Assembly: GCA_044866005.1 (NCBI GenBank)
Contig: JBIOTN010000089.1
Location: 1-63,510, forward strand
DNA from: Candidatus Rokuibacteriota bacterium
GTDB taxonomy: Bacteria; Methylomirabilota; Methylomirabilia; Rokubacteriales; DASRDR01
DNA length: 63,510 bases
Direction: 5' to 3'
Below the pieces are notes generated by a model that saw only the letters and a list, made by a program, of their open reading frames with translations, was not told where the DNA came from and did no database searches. This document shows, piece by piece, positions 48,059 to 57,769 of this stretch; positions within the stretch are counted from its first letter, which is position 1; every line of letters begins with the position of its first letter. The translations under genes were made by a program, and so were the position numbers.

Positions 48059-48766
48059 CTAGTCGGCGTCCCCTTCCGCTTTCGACTCAGTAGGCACCGC
48101 GAGGTCGACGACGAGGGCGTCGTGGTCGCTCCCCGCCAGCGCGCACGTCCGCGTCTCGATCACCGTGAGCCCGCAGACGAGCGCGTGATCGATCCGGAGG
48201 AGGCGCGGCCCGCCGGGCCAGGGGCCCCACGTCCGTGCGGGGCGCGCGCCGCCTCCGCGGGCCGCCACGAGGCAGCAGTCCGACAGGCGGCCGGCCAGCC
48301 GCCGGTAGACGGGCCAGAGCGGCGTCGCGTTGAGGTCGCCGAGCAGGGCCCGCCGCCGCCGCGGGGTCGCGTCGAGATACGCGACGAGCGCGCGGACCTG
48401 CGCGCGCCGGACGCGGAGGCTGCGCCAGAGGGGGCCCAGGTGCGGGGCGCGGATGTGGACGTTGAGGATCTCGATCGGCTCCCCCGCGGGACCCGACTCG
48501 ACCGGGGCGAGCTCGGCCACGCGCCCGTCGCGGTAGGGCAGCGAGAGCCGCCGGACGATCCCGGGGCGCGCGAGCGCGATGCCCATGCCCGAGTGGTCGC
48601 GCGCCGGCTCGAGCGACCCGTGCGGGAGGACTCGCGCGAGCGCCTCCGCCTGCTCGAGGCCGAGCTCCTGGACCGCGACGGCATCGGGCGCGAGTGAGGC
48701 CACGAGCAAGGCGAAGCCGGCCGGGTCGGCCCCGCCGTTGGCGAGGTTCGCGGTCAGTAGCCGCAC
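48059..48766 (-). CDS. Endonuclease/exonuclease/phosphatase family protein
   Basis: RLLTANL, VAVQE, LGDLN, RIDH, GSDH. Confidence 0.85.
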   Translation of the reverse strand: MRLLTANLANGGADPAGFALLVASLAPDAVAVQELGLEQAEALARVLPHGSLEPARDHSGMGIALARPGIVRRLSLPYRDGRVAELAPVESGPAGEPIEILNVHIRAPHLGPLWRSLRVRRAQVRALVAYLDATPRRRRALLGDLNATPLWPVYRRLAGRLSDCCLVAARGGGARPARTWGPWPGGPRLLRIDHALVCGLTVIETRTCALAGSDHDALVVDLAVPTESKAEGDAD

Positions 48767-48804
48767 CGGCCCGCCCCTCCCGCGCGCGGTCCCCTGTGGG
48801 CCCG

Positions 48805-50721
48805 CTACGCGCCCTCGATCAGGGCCGCGCGCAGGCCCCGGACGTAGTACGGGCTGAGCGCCGCGCACAGGAGGATGATCGGCAGCGAGGCGAGCAGGAT
48901 CGCCGCGTTCGCCGACGCCCACTCGTCCAGCTCGACCGCGGTGAGCCCGAGCCCCGCGGGGAGCGTCTTCGTCCCGTTGGTCAGCGAGAACGTGCTGCCG
49001 TAGAGGACGTCCCCGCCCATCATCCCGACCGCGAACAGGCCGGCCGCGATCACCACCGGCCAGCTCATCGGCAGGACGACCCGCAGGAAGACCGCCGCGC
49101 GGTCCCCGTCCAGCATGGCGTGCTCCTCGACGTCGACGGGCAGCCCGTCGAAGTACATGTAGAAGAGCCAGGTCGCGAACGGGATGGCGAGGGTGAGGTA
49201 GAGGAGGACGATGCCGGCGATGGTGTCGTCGAGGCCCCAGCGGAGATAGAGCTGGAAGATCGGCACGATCACGGCGGTGGGCGGGACGAAGTAGCCGAAG
49301 AACATCAGGCGCGCGAGCCACCGGCCCCCCGGCAGCGCGAAGCGCGCGAGGGCGTAGCCGGCCAGGAGCGAGACCGGCAGGGCCACGGCGAGGACCCCGC
49401 CGAAGACCACCAGCGTGTTCCAGCCCCATCGCCAGATCACGGGGTTCCCGACGACCTCCCCCACGTCCTCGAGCGTCGGGTCGTAGGGCCAGAACGGGTT
49501 GCCGAAGGCGTACTCCGGCAGCGAGCGGAAGGCTTGCACCGCCGTGTAGTAGACCGGGAAGAGGTGAAAGGCCGCGACGCCGAGCGCCGCGCCGACGCCG
49601 GCGACGAGGAGTCCGAGGCGCCGCGCCCGCCCCGCCCGACCGCGCGCACCCGGCGGCGCCGCGCGCGGGGACCGCCCGGGCCGTGCCGCCGCGCGCCGGG
49701 ACGGCGCGCCCCACCCCGGGCCGCCCGCGGCGCCGCTCGCGCCCGACGACCGGAGCGCGCCCGCCGCGGCCTCGGGCGGGAGAGGCCCGCGCCGGCTCTC
49801 CAGGAGACGCAGGCACCCCAGCGCCAGGGCCGCCGCGAAGGGGATCGGGAGCAGCGCCAGCGCCGCCCCGAGGCCCGGGTTGCCGTTCTGGATCGCCTCG
49901 CGGAACGCGAGGGTGCCGAGCACCGGCACCGTGATCCGCCCGCCGGTCTCGATGTACATCGAGGCGTACTCGATGTAGGTGATCACCAGCGCCACGAGCG
50001 CCGCGAGGACGAGGAAGCGGCGCGAGAGCGGGACGACGACCCGCCAGAAATACTGCCAGGCGTTCCGCGTCTCGAGCCGCGCGACGTCCAGCAGCTCCTC
50101 GGGAATCGCGTTGAACCCCGCCAGCAGGAACACGGCGATGATGGACGAGCCGCGCCACACGCTCATGAGCGCGATGCTGAGGACCTGCCAGGCCCCCATC
50201 CCGAGCGCGCCGTCGAGCCCCCAGCGCAGCTCCTGGAGCCCGGCCGTGTAGAAGGCGGGAAACGGCGGCATCAGCAGCCAGTACCAGGCGAACGCCGAGA
50301 ACGTGGCGGGAAACGCCCACGGGACGAAGACCGAGAGGAAGACGAAGGCGCGCCCCCAGAACCGCCACCAGAGGAGGAGCGCCGTCAAGACGCCGGCGAC
50401 CAGCTCGACCAGCGCCGTCAGGAGGACGAGCACGGCGGTGTTGCGCGCGGCTTGCCAGACGACGGCGTCGGCGAGGAGCGTCCGGTAGTGGCGCAGGCCA
50501 GCGAAGGCCGGGCCGCCACGCGCCGGGCCCGCGTCGGTCACGCTCAGCCAGGCGTCGTAGAGGACCGGGTAGACGAGCAGGCCGACGACGAGCACGAAGG
50601 CGGGAAGGAGCAGCGCGTAGCCGACGACGCGCTCGCGCGCGACCGCGCGGGAGGGGGCCGCGCGCCCCCGGCGGTCCACCGGGCCCGCCGGGACGGAACG
50701 CGGGAGCTGATGCGCCGACAC
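48805..50721 (-). CDS. Fused carbohydrate ABC permease (MalF-like + MalG-like); start uncertain
   Basis: Two permease domains (IPEELLDVARLE; LPVDVEEHAMLDG) joined by an Ala/Arg/Gly linker in one frame. Confidence 0.82.
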   Translation of the reverse strand: MSAHQLPRSVPAGPVDRRGRAAPSRAVARERVVGYALLLPAFVLVVGLLVYPVLYDAWLSVTDAGPARGGPAFAGLRHYRTLLADAVVWQAARNTAVLVLLTALVELVAGVLTALLLWWRFWGRAFVFLSVFVPWAFPATFSAFAWYWLLMPPFPAFYTAGLQELRWGLDGALGMGAWQVLSIALMSVWRGSSIIAVFLLAGFNAIPEELLDVARLETRNAWQYFWRVVVPLSRRFLVLAALVALVITYIEYASMYIETGGRITVPVLGTLAFREAIQNGNPGLGAALALLPIPFAAALALGCLRLLESRRGPLPPEAAAGALRSSGASGAAGGPGWGAPSRRAAARPGRSPRAAPPGARGRAGRARRLGLLVAGVGAALGVAAFHLFPVYYTAVQAFRSLPEYAFGNPFWPYDPTLEDVGEVVGNPVIWRWGWNTLVVFGGVLAVALPVSLLAGYALARFALPGGRWLARLMFFGYFVPPTAVIVPIFQLYLRWGLDDTIAGIVLLYLTLAIPFATWLFYMYFDGLPVDVEEHAMLDGDRAAVFLRVVLPMSWPVVIAAGLFAVGMMGGDVLYGSTFSLTNGTKTLPAGLGLTAVELDEWASANAAILLASLPIILLCAALSPYYVRGLRAALIEGA

Positions 50722-50813
50722 GGCCGCCAACCGCGACTCTCCCCCTGGCGCCTCCGGCCCGAGGCTCGGCTGGGCGCGCGCGCCAAGTATAGCGCGGCCG
50801 GGTCGGCCAACCG

Positions 50814-51188
50814 TCAGGCGCGGCGCGGCGGAAGCGGCTGGGCGAAGCTCAGCTCGTGGCCGTCGGGGTCGAGGAGGTGGAAGTACCGCTCTCCCCACTC
50901 GGCGTCGCGCGGTGGCGCCTCGGGGGCGAGCCCCTGCGCCCGGACCCGGTCGTAGAACCGGTCCACGTCGTCCACGTGGACGATCACCCGGCCCCACCAG
51001 GCCCAGCGCCGGTCGGGTGCCGCGGCGATCAGGTTCAGGTACCCCGGCCCGACCGCGAACGAGGTGAACGGAGCCGTCTCGCCGCCGGACGCGACGTCAA
51101 AGCCGAGCCCGCGATAGAACCGTACGGCGCGCGCCATGTCGTGGGTGGCGAGCGTCACCGCGCTGATGCCGAGCAGACGGACGGTCAT
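50814..51188 (-). CDS. VOC/glyoxalase family protein
   Basis: ISAVTLATHDMARAVRFY, WGERYFHLLDPDGHELSFA. Confidence 0.92.
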   Translation of the reverse strand: MTVRLLGISAVTLATHDMARAVRFYRGLGFDVASGGETAPFTSFAVGPGYLNLIAAAPDRRWAWWGRVIVHVDDVDRFYDRVRAQGLAPEAPPRDAEWGERYFHLLDPDGHELSFAQPLPPRRA

Positions 51189-51365
51189 TCCCTCTCGGTC
51201 CCCGGCCGGCGGGCCGGCACTTTGGCCAGAAACGTTCCAACCCTGGTAACACCCTGGGCGTCGCGGGCGCCGTGCCCGCCCGCGTGGGGCCGCTCCCGGC
51301 CGCCGGCGGGCCGCTTCTGTAGTCGCTACTTGGCGCTACTCGACACGGCACGTCACGGGCGCGGG

Positions 51366-51381
51366 TGGCATAGCGCTTGCT
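51366..51381 (+). promoter_or_regulatory. sigma54 (-24/-12) promoter
   Basis: TGGCAT-AGCGC-TTGCT, GG-N10-GC. Confidence 0.65.
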
Positions 51382-51577
51382 CGGAGACTCGGCAGGCGTT
51401 GCCGCCGCGCCACCGGCCGCGGCGGTTCGGGCCCGCTACACGCCGGCCCGAGAGCGCTGGCCTGCGGGATTCAGCGTCGCGCCGCCGCGTGGGGCGAAAG
51501 CGCCTGGCGCGTGGCTCCACGCGGCTTTTCTGCAGATGCCGGGAATCGACGAGACACGCGAAGGAGGCGCAGGGACC

Positions 51578-51871
51578 GTGTGGCCCGAACCCGAGCCCCG
51601 AGTCGGTCTGGAAGAGCGTGACCTGCGGCGGTTGCACGCGACGGTCCGAGATGGCGTCACGAGCTGTCGCGAGGCACTGTCGGCGTGGTTCGACACGTCG
51701 GAGAGCCGGCCGCTCGAGGACGCGGTGAGCCAGGCGGCGACCAAGATGCTGCAGGTCGCCGGCACGCTCGGCGCGGGCGTCCGCGAGCCCGCCGCTGCGG
51801 TCCTGGTGCACTTGCTCCTGATCGCCGTCATCGAGGAGATGGGCCGGCCGCACGTCGTCAGCCCCAACTAA
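51578..51871 (+). CDS. Small helical hypothetical protein
   Basis: AAGGAGG before GTG at 51578; GC3-biased codons; TAA stop. Confidence 0.6.
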   Translation: MWPEPEPRVGLEERDLRRLHATVRDGVTSCREALSAWFDTSESRPLEDAVSQAATKMLQVAGTLGAGVREPAAAVLVHLLLIAVIEEMGRPHVVSPN

Positions 51872-51874
51872 TCT

Positions 51875-51960
51875 TCGGAGGGGGCCTCGACGGCCCCCCC
51901 CGATTCCTCCCCACCTCAAAGGGCTGGGTGGGTGGGCCGCCGGCAAAGCCGGCGGTCGAA
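51875..51960. repeat. Bipartite hairpin repeat (family A)
   Basis: TCGGAGGGGGCCTCGACGGCCCC...GGGTGGGTGGGCCGCCGGCAAAGCCGGCGG. Confidence 0.85.
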
Positions 51961-51997
51961 CGGCCCCCCGAACCGACGCTACGCGTTCCGCTCCCGC

Positions 51998-54085
51998 TCA
52001 CTCCGGCATCCTGACAGCCGCGACGGCCGGCCGGTCCGGGGCGGGGCCCGCGCGGGCGACCTCGACCATGGCGTCGAAGGCGGCCTGGCCGGCGGAGAAG
52101 GCGAAGACGTCGACCGCCGCATCGGGCAGCGCGGGCGCCCCCGACGTCAGCCGGTTGAGGCCGGTCCAGCCGTCCCGCATCCACACCGTCCCGGCGGGGA
52201 TCCGGTCCGTCACGCGCGCGCGGGCCCGGAACTCGCCCCGCTCGTTCCAGATCCGGATCGCCGCGCCGTCCTCCAGCCCCCGCGCCGCCGCGTCCGCGGG
52301 CGCGATCCAGAGCCAGGGCTCCGGGTCGAGCCGCGCCAGGGTCGGCAGCGCCTGGCCGTGGTCGTAGAAGCCGTGGAACTGCGTGAGGGTGCGGCCCTGC
52401 CGGAAGGCCAGCGGGTAACGGGCGGAGGTCTCGAGCGCCTCGTGGACGGGAAGCGGCGGCAGGCCGAGCGCCGCCGCGCGCTCGGAGTAGAACTCCACCT
52501 TGCCCGACGGCGTCGGGAAGCGGCGGTCGGGATGCGCGACGTGCGAGATCCGGAGGGCGCGGATCCCGCCCTCGGCCGCGAGCGCCGCGGCGGTGGCGTG
52601 GCCGGTGGAGGCGTGGTCCAGGATCGCGTCGAGCGGCCCCGCGTCCTCCGCCCAGGGGTAGAAGTCGGGCGCGAGACCGAGCCGGCGGGCGAGCTCGCGG
52701 AGGATCCAGGGCGCCGGGCGCGCCTCCCCCGGCGGCTCGAGGACCTTCGGCATCAGGTAGAGGTGGGTGTTCGTGCTCTTGCAGCCGAGCTCCTCGAGCC
52801 AGGCCGTCGCGGGGAGGACGACGTCGGCGAAGCGGCGCGCGGTGTCGTTCAGGAAGAGGTCGTGGCTCACGACGAGGTCGGCACGGCCGAGCCCGTCGGC
52901 CACCGGCTCGGCGTCGGCGAACGAGGAGAGCATGTCGGTGCCGAAGAGGAGGAGGACGCGGAGGCGGCCGTCGAGCAAGGCCTCGGTGACGGCCGGCATC
53001 TGACTCGGCAGGTACCGGCCCGGCGGCCGGCGCTCCGGCGCGGTGATGTTCTCGAGCGCCTGCCCGTGGGTGGCGCTCCCGTGGCGCGGGCCGAGCCCGC
53101 CGCCCGGGATCCCGAGGTTGCCCGTGAGGGCGGGCAGGCAGGCGACGGCGCGGGCGCCCTGCCAGCCGTTCGCCCCCTTGTGCATCGAGCTGCCGCCGAG
53201 GAGGATCATGGCCGGCCGTGTGGCGGCGTAGCGGCGGGCGAGGGCCGCGATCCGGTCGGCGGGGATCCCCGTCACCCCGGCCGCCCAGGCGGGGGAGTGG
53301 GGAACGACGTGCTCGGCGAGGCGCTCGAATCCGACCGTGTGATTTTCCACGAAATCCCGGTCATATAGCTCCTCCCCGATCAGGACGTGCATGACCGCGA
53401 GCGCGAGCGCCGCGTCGCTCCCGGGCCGGAGGAGCAGGACCTCGTCCGACTGGGCCGCCGCCTCCGTCTCCCGGACGTCGATCGTGACGACGTAGGCCCC
53501 GCGCTTCTTCGCCGCGGCGAGGTGCCGGCCGGTGTTCGGCTGGCTCGCGAGGTTCGCGCCCCACAGGAGGATGAGGCTCGCGTGGGCCCCCATGTCCTCC
53601 TTCGTGTTGGTCTCCAGCGGGCCGGTCAGCCCGATCCCGAACGCCCCCAGCCCCCAGCAGATCATCGTCGGGTTCCACCACTGGCAGCCGTAGACGTTGG
53701 CGAAGCGCCGGAGGAGGTGGGAGCCGACCCGGGTCCCGTAGTTGTTGGCGAAGAGGCCGTGGCCCGACCAGAGCCCGACCGCCTCGCGCCCCGCGGCGCG
53801 CATGCGGGCGACGATCAGGTCGAGCGCCTCGTCCCAGCTCGCCCGCCGCCAGTCGCCGCCGCCGCGCCGGTCGCGGACGAGCGGGTGGAGGAGCCGCGTC
53901 GGGTTGCCGATGATCTCCTTCGACGCCTGACCGCGGACGCAGAGGAAGCCCCGGCTGTCCGGGTTGTCCGGATCGCCCCGCACCTCCCGGACATGGCCAT
54001 CCTCGACCTCCACGCGCATCCCGCAGAGCGTGGGATGGCAATTCATCGGACACATCGTCCGCACGGTCCGTCGGCCCGTCGTCAC
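51998..54085 (-). CDS. Molybdopterin-dependent oxidoreductase (DMSO reductase family)
   Basis: CPMNCHPTLC..LCVRG Fe-S motif, SWDEALD, ADVVLPA, TPSGKVE, C-terminal Mo-binding domain. Confidence 0.92.
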   Translation of the reverse strand: MTTGRRTVRTMCPMNCHPTLCGMRVEVEDGHVREVRGDPDNPDSRGFLCVRGQASKEIIGNPTRLLHPLVRDRRGGGDWRRASWDEALDLIVARMRAAGREAVGLWSGHGLFANNYGTRVGSHLLRRFANVYGCQWWNPTMICWGLGAFGIGLTGPLETNTKEDMGAHASLILLWGANLASQPNTGRHLAAAKKRGAYVVTIDVRETEAAAQSDEVLLLRPGSDAALALAVMHVLIGEELYDRDFVENHTVGFERLAEHVVPHSPAWAAGVTGIPADRIAALARRYAATRPAMILLGGSSMHKGANGWQGARAVACLPALTGNLGIPGGGLGPRHGSATHGQALENITAPERRPPGRYLPSQMPAVTEALLDGRLRVLLLFGTDMLSSFADAEPVADGLGRADLVVSHDLFLNDTARRFADVVLPATAWLEELGCKSTNTHLYLMPKVLEPPGEARPAPWILRELARRLGLAPDFYPWAEDAGPLDAILDHASTGHATAAALAAEGGIRALRISHVAHPDRRFPTPSGKVEFYSERAAALGLPPLPVHEALETSARYPLAFRQGRTLTQFHGFYDHGQALPTLARLDPEPWLWIAPADAAARGLEDGAAIRIWNERGEFRARARVTDRIPAGTVWMRDGWTGLNRLTSGAPALPDAAVDVFAFSAGQAAFDAMVEVARAGPAPDRPAVAAVRMPE

Positions 54086-54308
54086 GGCGCCATTCTACCT
54101 CGGCCGAGCGGGCGACGTTTTTGCGCCATGCTTCCCGGGACCCCCGTCCGGACGCCCCGGGAGACGCCCGGGCCGCTCGCCTTCGGCCCCCACGGCGCGC
54201 CGCTTCCCTTCTGAGCCGGATGACGTAAACTGCATCCTGATCGGGCACCGCACGCGGCCGGCCGCCCCGACCGCACACCGCAACCCGCGAACACCACGGA
54301 GGTCGAAC

Positions 54309-54962
54309 ATGCCTGTACGCATAGGCGACGAAGCGCCGGACTTCACGGCCGAGACCACACAAGGGAAGATCCGCTTCCACGAGTGGATCGGCGACAAGTG
54401 GGCGATCCTCTTCTCGCACCCCAAGGACTTCACGCCCGTGTGCACCACCGAGCTGGGCTACATGGCCGGGCTCAAGCCGGAGTTCGACAAGCGCAATACC
54501 AAGATCATCGGGCTGAGCGTCGATCCGGTAAGCGATCACACGGCCTGGTCCAAGGACATCCAGGAGACCCAGGGCCACGCCGTCAACTACCCGCTGATCG
54601 GTGATGCCGACCTGACGGTCGCCAAGCTCTACGACATGCTCCATCCCAACGCGACCGGCGGCAAACGCACGGCGACCGACAATGCGACGGTGCGCTCGGT
54701 GTTCATCGTCGGGCCGGACAAGAAGGTCAAGGCGATGCTGGCCTATCCCATGAGCACCGGCCGGAACTTCGACGAGGTCCTGCGGCTGCTCGATTCGTTG
54801 CAGCTCACGGCGAAGCACACGGTGGCGACCCCGGTGAACTGGAAGCCGGGCCAGGACGTCATCATCCCCACCACTGTCTCCGACGAGGAGGCGAAGAAGA
54901 AGTATCCGCAGGGCTTCAAGACGCTGAAGCCCTACCTGCGGACCGTGGCGCAGCCGAAGTAG
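54309..54962 (+). CDS. 1-Cys peroxiredoxin (Prx6 family)
   Basis: FSHPKDFTPVCTTELG, YPMSTGRNFDE, TPVNW. Confidence 0.96.
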   Translation: MPVRIGDEAPDFTAETTQGKIRFHEWIGDKWAILFSHPKDFTPVCTTELGYMAGLKPEFDKRNTKIIGLSVDPVSDHTAWSKDIQETQGHAVNYPLIGDADLTVAKLYDMLHPNATGGKRTATDNATVRSVFIVGPDKKVKAMLAYPMSTGRNFDEVLRLLDSLQLTAKHTVATPVNWKPGQDVIIPTTVSDEEAKKKYPQGFKTLKPYLRTVAQPK

Positions 54963-55170
54963 ACCGCGGAGCCACTCCCGCGAGGGTGAGGGTGGCCTGA
55001 TCGCCGGCCCCCTCATCCCCGGGGGGCGGGTGAGACGCCGGAGGGCTGGCGCCCCCCTTCCGATTCCTCCCCTGGGACCGGTCTGCGGGCAAGGCCCGCT
55101 CGCGGCGAAGCGTGCGGAAGGTGATCCACGGGACCCCGTCCGGACGCCCCTGGAGAAGAGAGTGCCGAAG

Positions 55171-55929
55171 GTGGAGTCATCGAGCGCGGTTCGCCGAAGA
55201 GGCTTCGCCAGTCGCGCCGGCGCGCTGCTCATGGTTCCGGCGATGCTGCTGGGCTGCGCGGCGCTCCAGCGGGATCCGGACTGGTGGCAGGCGCGGCGGG
55301 ACGCGTCCGGCCAGGCCCCGGACCCGGCGACGACGCCGGCCGCGGTCGTCCAGGTCTACGCGGCGCGCGCGGTCGGGTGGAAGGGCGTGCTGGGGGTCCA
55401 CACCTGGATCGCGGTGAAGCGGCGCGGGGCCCCGGCCTACACGCGCTACGAGGTCATGGGCTGGGGGGTGGAGCGCGGGATGCCGGCCCTCCGCGTGAAC
55501 CGCACGGGGCCGGACAACTACTGGTTCGGGAGCCGGCCGGACCTCCTCGTCGACCTGCGAGGCGACGGCGTGGAGGCCCTGATCGACCGGATCGAGGCGG
55601 CCGTCGCGGCGTACCCCTACCCCGACAGCTACCGCACCTGGCCCGGACCGAACAGCAACACCTTCACCGCCTACGTCGGCCGCGCCGTGCCGGAGCTGCG
55701 GCTCCGGCTCCCGCCGACGGCCGTCGGCAAGGACTACCTGCCGGGCGGCATGCCCGCCGCGCTCACCCCGAGCGGCACGGGCGTCCAGCTCTCGCTCTTC
55801 GGGCTGGCCGGCCTGCTGGTCGGGTGGGACGACGGGATCGAAGCGAACGTGCTCGGGCTCACCTTCGGCCTGGACGTCCGGCATCCGGCGCTGAAGCTGC
55901 CGGGCGTGGGCCGTCTCGGGCTGCCCTGA
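55171..55929 (+). CDS. DUF3750 domain protein; start uncertain
   Basis: HTWIAVK, RYEVMGW, WPGPNSNTF, LPPTAVGKD. Confidence 0.85.
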   Translation: MESSSAVRRRGFASRAGALLMVPAMLLGCAALQRDPDWWQARRDASGQAPDPATTPAAVVQVYAARAVGWKGVLGVHTWIAVKRRGAPAYTRYEVMGWGVERGMPALRVNRTGPDNYWFGSRPDLLVDLRGDGVEALIDRIEAAVAAYPYPDSYRTWPGPNSNTFTAYVGRAVPELRLRLPPTAVGKDYLPGGMPAALTPSGTGVQLSLFGLAGLLVGWDDGIEANVLGLTFGLDVRHPALKLPGVGRLGLP

Positions 55930-55954
55930 CCGCGCGACCCCTCACGCTGACCCG

Positions 55955-55994
55955 CCCCCTTCACCCCGACCCTCTCCCCTGAGGGGAGGGGGAG
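55955..55994. repeat. TCACCCCGACCCTCTCCCC-type palindromic repeat (family B), copy 1
   Basis: 27/28 identical core with 59941-59968. Confidence 0.8.
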
Positions 55995-56099
55995 CCGGGC
56001 GAGCCGCCGTCCGCTCGGCTGTTCTCCGGGGAAGCGGGAGTCGCTTGTCGGCCCCGCGCGGCTGTTCTATGGTGGACGAAGCAGCCGCCGCGATGCGCC

Positions 56100-57317
56100 A
56101 TGCGGTTTCCCTCCACCCTCCGCGCCCTCAACCACCGGGACTACCGGCTCTTCTGGACGGGCCAGTTCGTCTCGCTCGTCGGGCGCTGGATGCAGTCGGT
56201 CGGCCAGTCCTGGCTCGTCCTCGAGCTGACCGAATCGCCGTTCAAGCTCGGGATCGTCAACTCGCTCCAGTTCGCGCCCATCCTGGTCCTCTCCTTCCCC
56301 GCCGGCGCGATCGCCGACCGCTTTCCCAAGCGCTCGCTCCTCATCCTGACGCAGCTCGCGCTCATGGTCCCGGCGCTCGCCATCGCGGCGCTGATCTGGA
56401 CGGGGTCGGTCCGCTACTGGCACGTCGCGGTGATGGCGGGCGTCATGGGGGTCGCCAACGCGCTCGACATGCCGACGCGCCAGTCGCTCGTGGTGGAGCT
56501 GGTCGGCAAGGACGACCTCATGAACGCGATCGCGCTCAACTCGGCGGTCTTCAACGCCGCCCGCATGGTGGGGCCGGCCGCGGCCGGGCTCCTGATCGCG
56601 CGCTACGGGGTGGCCATCGCCTTCTTCCTGAACGGCGTGACCTTCCTGGCCGTGGTCGCGGCGCTGGCGGCCATGCGCCTGGCGCCCCGGCCGGCCCCCC
56701 GCCCCGGGACCGGGATCCGGCGGGAGATCGCCGAGGGCCTGCGGTACGCGAGCGGGGAGCCCGTCATCTCGCTGGTCCTGAGCCTGGTCCTGGCGGTCAG
56801 CGTCTTCGCCATCAACCACGGCGTGCTCGTCCCCCTGATTGCGCGCGACGTCCTGCACGAGGAGGTGCGCGGCTTCGGCTTCCTCATGGCGGCGCTCGGC
56901 GCCGGCGCCGTGACCGGCGCCGTGGGGCTCGCGCAGTTCGGCCAGGGGCGGCCGCCGCTGGCCGCCGTGGTGACGCCGGCGATCGTCGTGTCGGCGGGCG
57001 TCCTCGCGCTGGCGGCCGTCCAGCAGTTCTGGATCGCCGCGGCGCTCCTCTTCGTCGTCGGCGTCTCGCAGATCCTCTTCCTCGCGGGCAGCAACACGAC
57101 GCTCCAGGTCACGGTGCCGGATGAGCTGCGGGGCCGCGTGATGGCGCTCTACACGCTCGTCTTCGCCGGGATGTCGCCGTTCGGCGCGTTCTTGATCGGC
57201 TCGGTCGCGGAGGCCTTCGGCGCGCGGGCCGCGTGCCTGGCGGGCGGCGGCCTCGGGCTGGCCTGCGTCCTGGGCCTCGCCGGCCGCTTCCGCCAGCTGA
57301 AAGAGAGGCGAACATGA
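56100..57317 (+). CDS. MFS transporter (MFS_3 type)
   Basis: [33 protein letters not shown]. Confidence 0.93.
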   Translation: MRFPSTLRALNHRDYRLFWTGQFVSLVGRWMQSVGQSWLVLELTESPFKLGIVNSLQFAPILVLSFPAGAIADRFPKRSLLILTQLALMVPALAIAALIWTGSVRYWHVAVMAGVMGVANALDMPTRQSLVVELVGKDDLMNAIALNSAVFNAARMVGPAAAGLLIARYGVAIAFFLNGVTFLAVVAALAAMRLAPRPAPRPGTGIRREIAEGLRYASGEPVISLVLSLVLAVSVFAINHGVLVPLIARDVLHEEVRGFGFLMAALGAGAVTGAVGLAQFGQGRPPLAAVVTPAIVVSAGVLALAAVQQFWIAAALLFVVGVSQILFLAGSNTTLQVTVPDELRGRVMALYTLVFAGMSPFGAFLIGSVAEAFGARAACLAGGGLGLACVLGLAGRFRQLKERRT

Positions 57318-57769
57318 TCCGACTCGTCGTCAACGGCAAGCCGCAGACCGTGGACGCGGCGCCCGACACGCCCCTCCTGTGGGTCCTCCGCGAGGACCTC
57401 GGCCTGACGGGGACCAAGTTCGGCTGCGGCATGGCGCTCTGCGGCGCGTGCACGGTCCACGTGAACGGGCAGCCCATGCGCGCGTGCAGCACCCCGGTCT
57501 CCTTCGCGGCCGGGAAGAAGGTCACCACCATCGAGGGCCTGGCGGCCGCCCGGCTCCACCCGCTCCAGCAGGCCTGGATCGCCGAGCAGGTGCCGCAGTG
57601 CGGGTACTGCCAGCCCGGCCAGCTCATGTCGGCGGCGGCGCTCCTCGCGCGGAAGCCGAAGCCGACCGACGCCGACATCGACGGCGCCATGGCGAACAAC
57701 ATCTGCCGCTGCGGGACCTACCAGCGGATCCGCGCGGCGATCCACCGCGCGGCACGGGGAGGTGCGTGA
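57314..57769 (+). CDS. (2Fe-2S) small subunit of xanthine-oxidase-family enzyme (IorA-like)
   Basis: [26 protein letters not shown]. Confidence 0.95.
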   Translation: MIRLVVNGKPQTVDAAPDTPLLWVLREDLGLTGTKFGCGMALCGACTVHVNGQPMRACSTPVSFAAGKKVTTIEGLAAARLHPLQQAWIAEQVPQCGYCQPGQLMSAAALLARKPKPTDADIDGAMANNICRCGTYQRIRAAIHRAARGGA

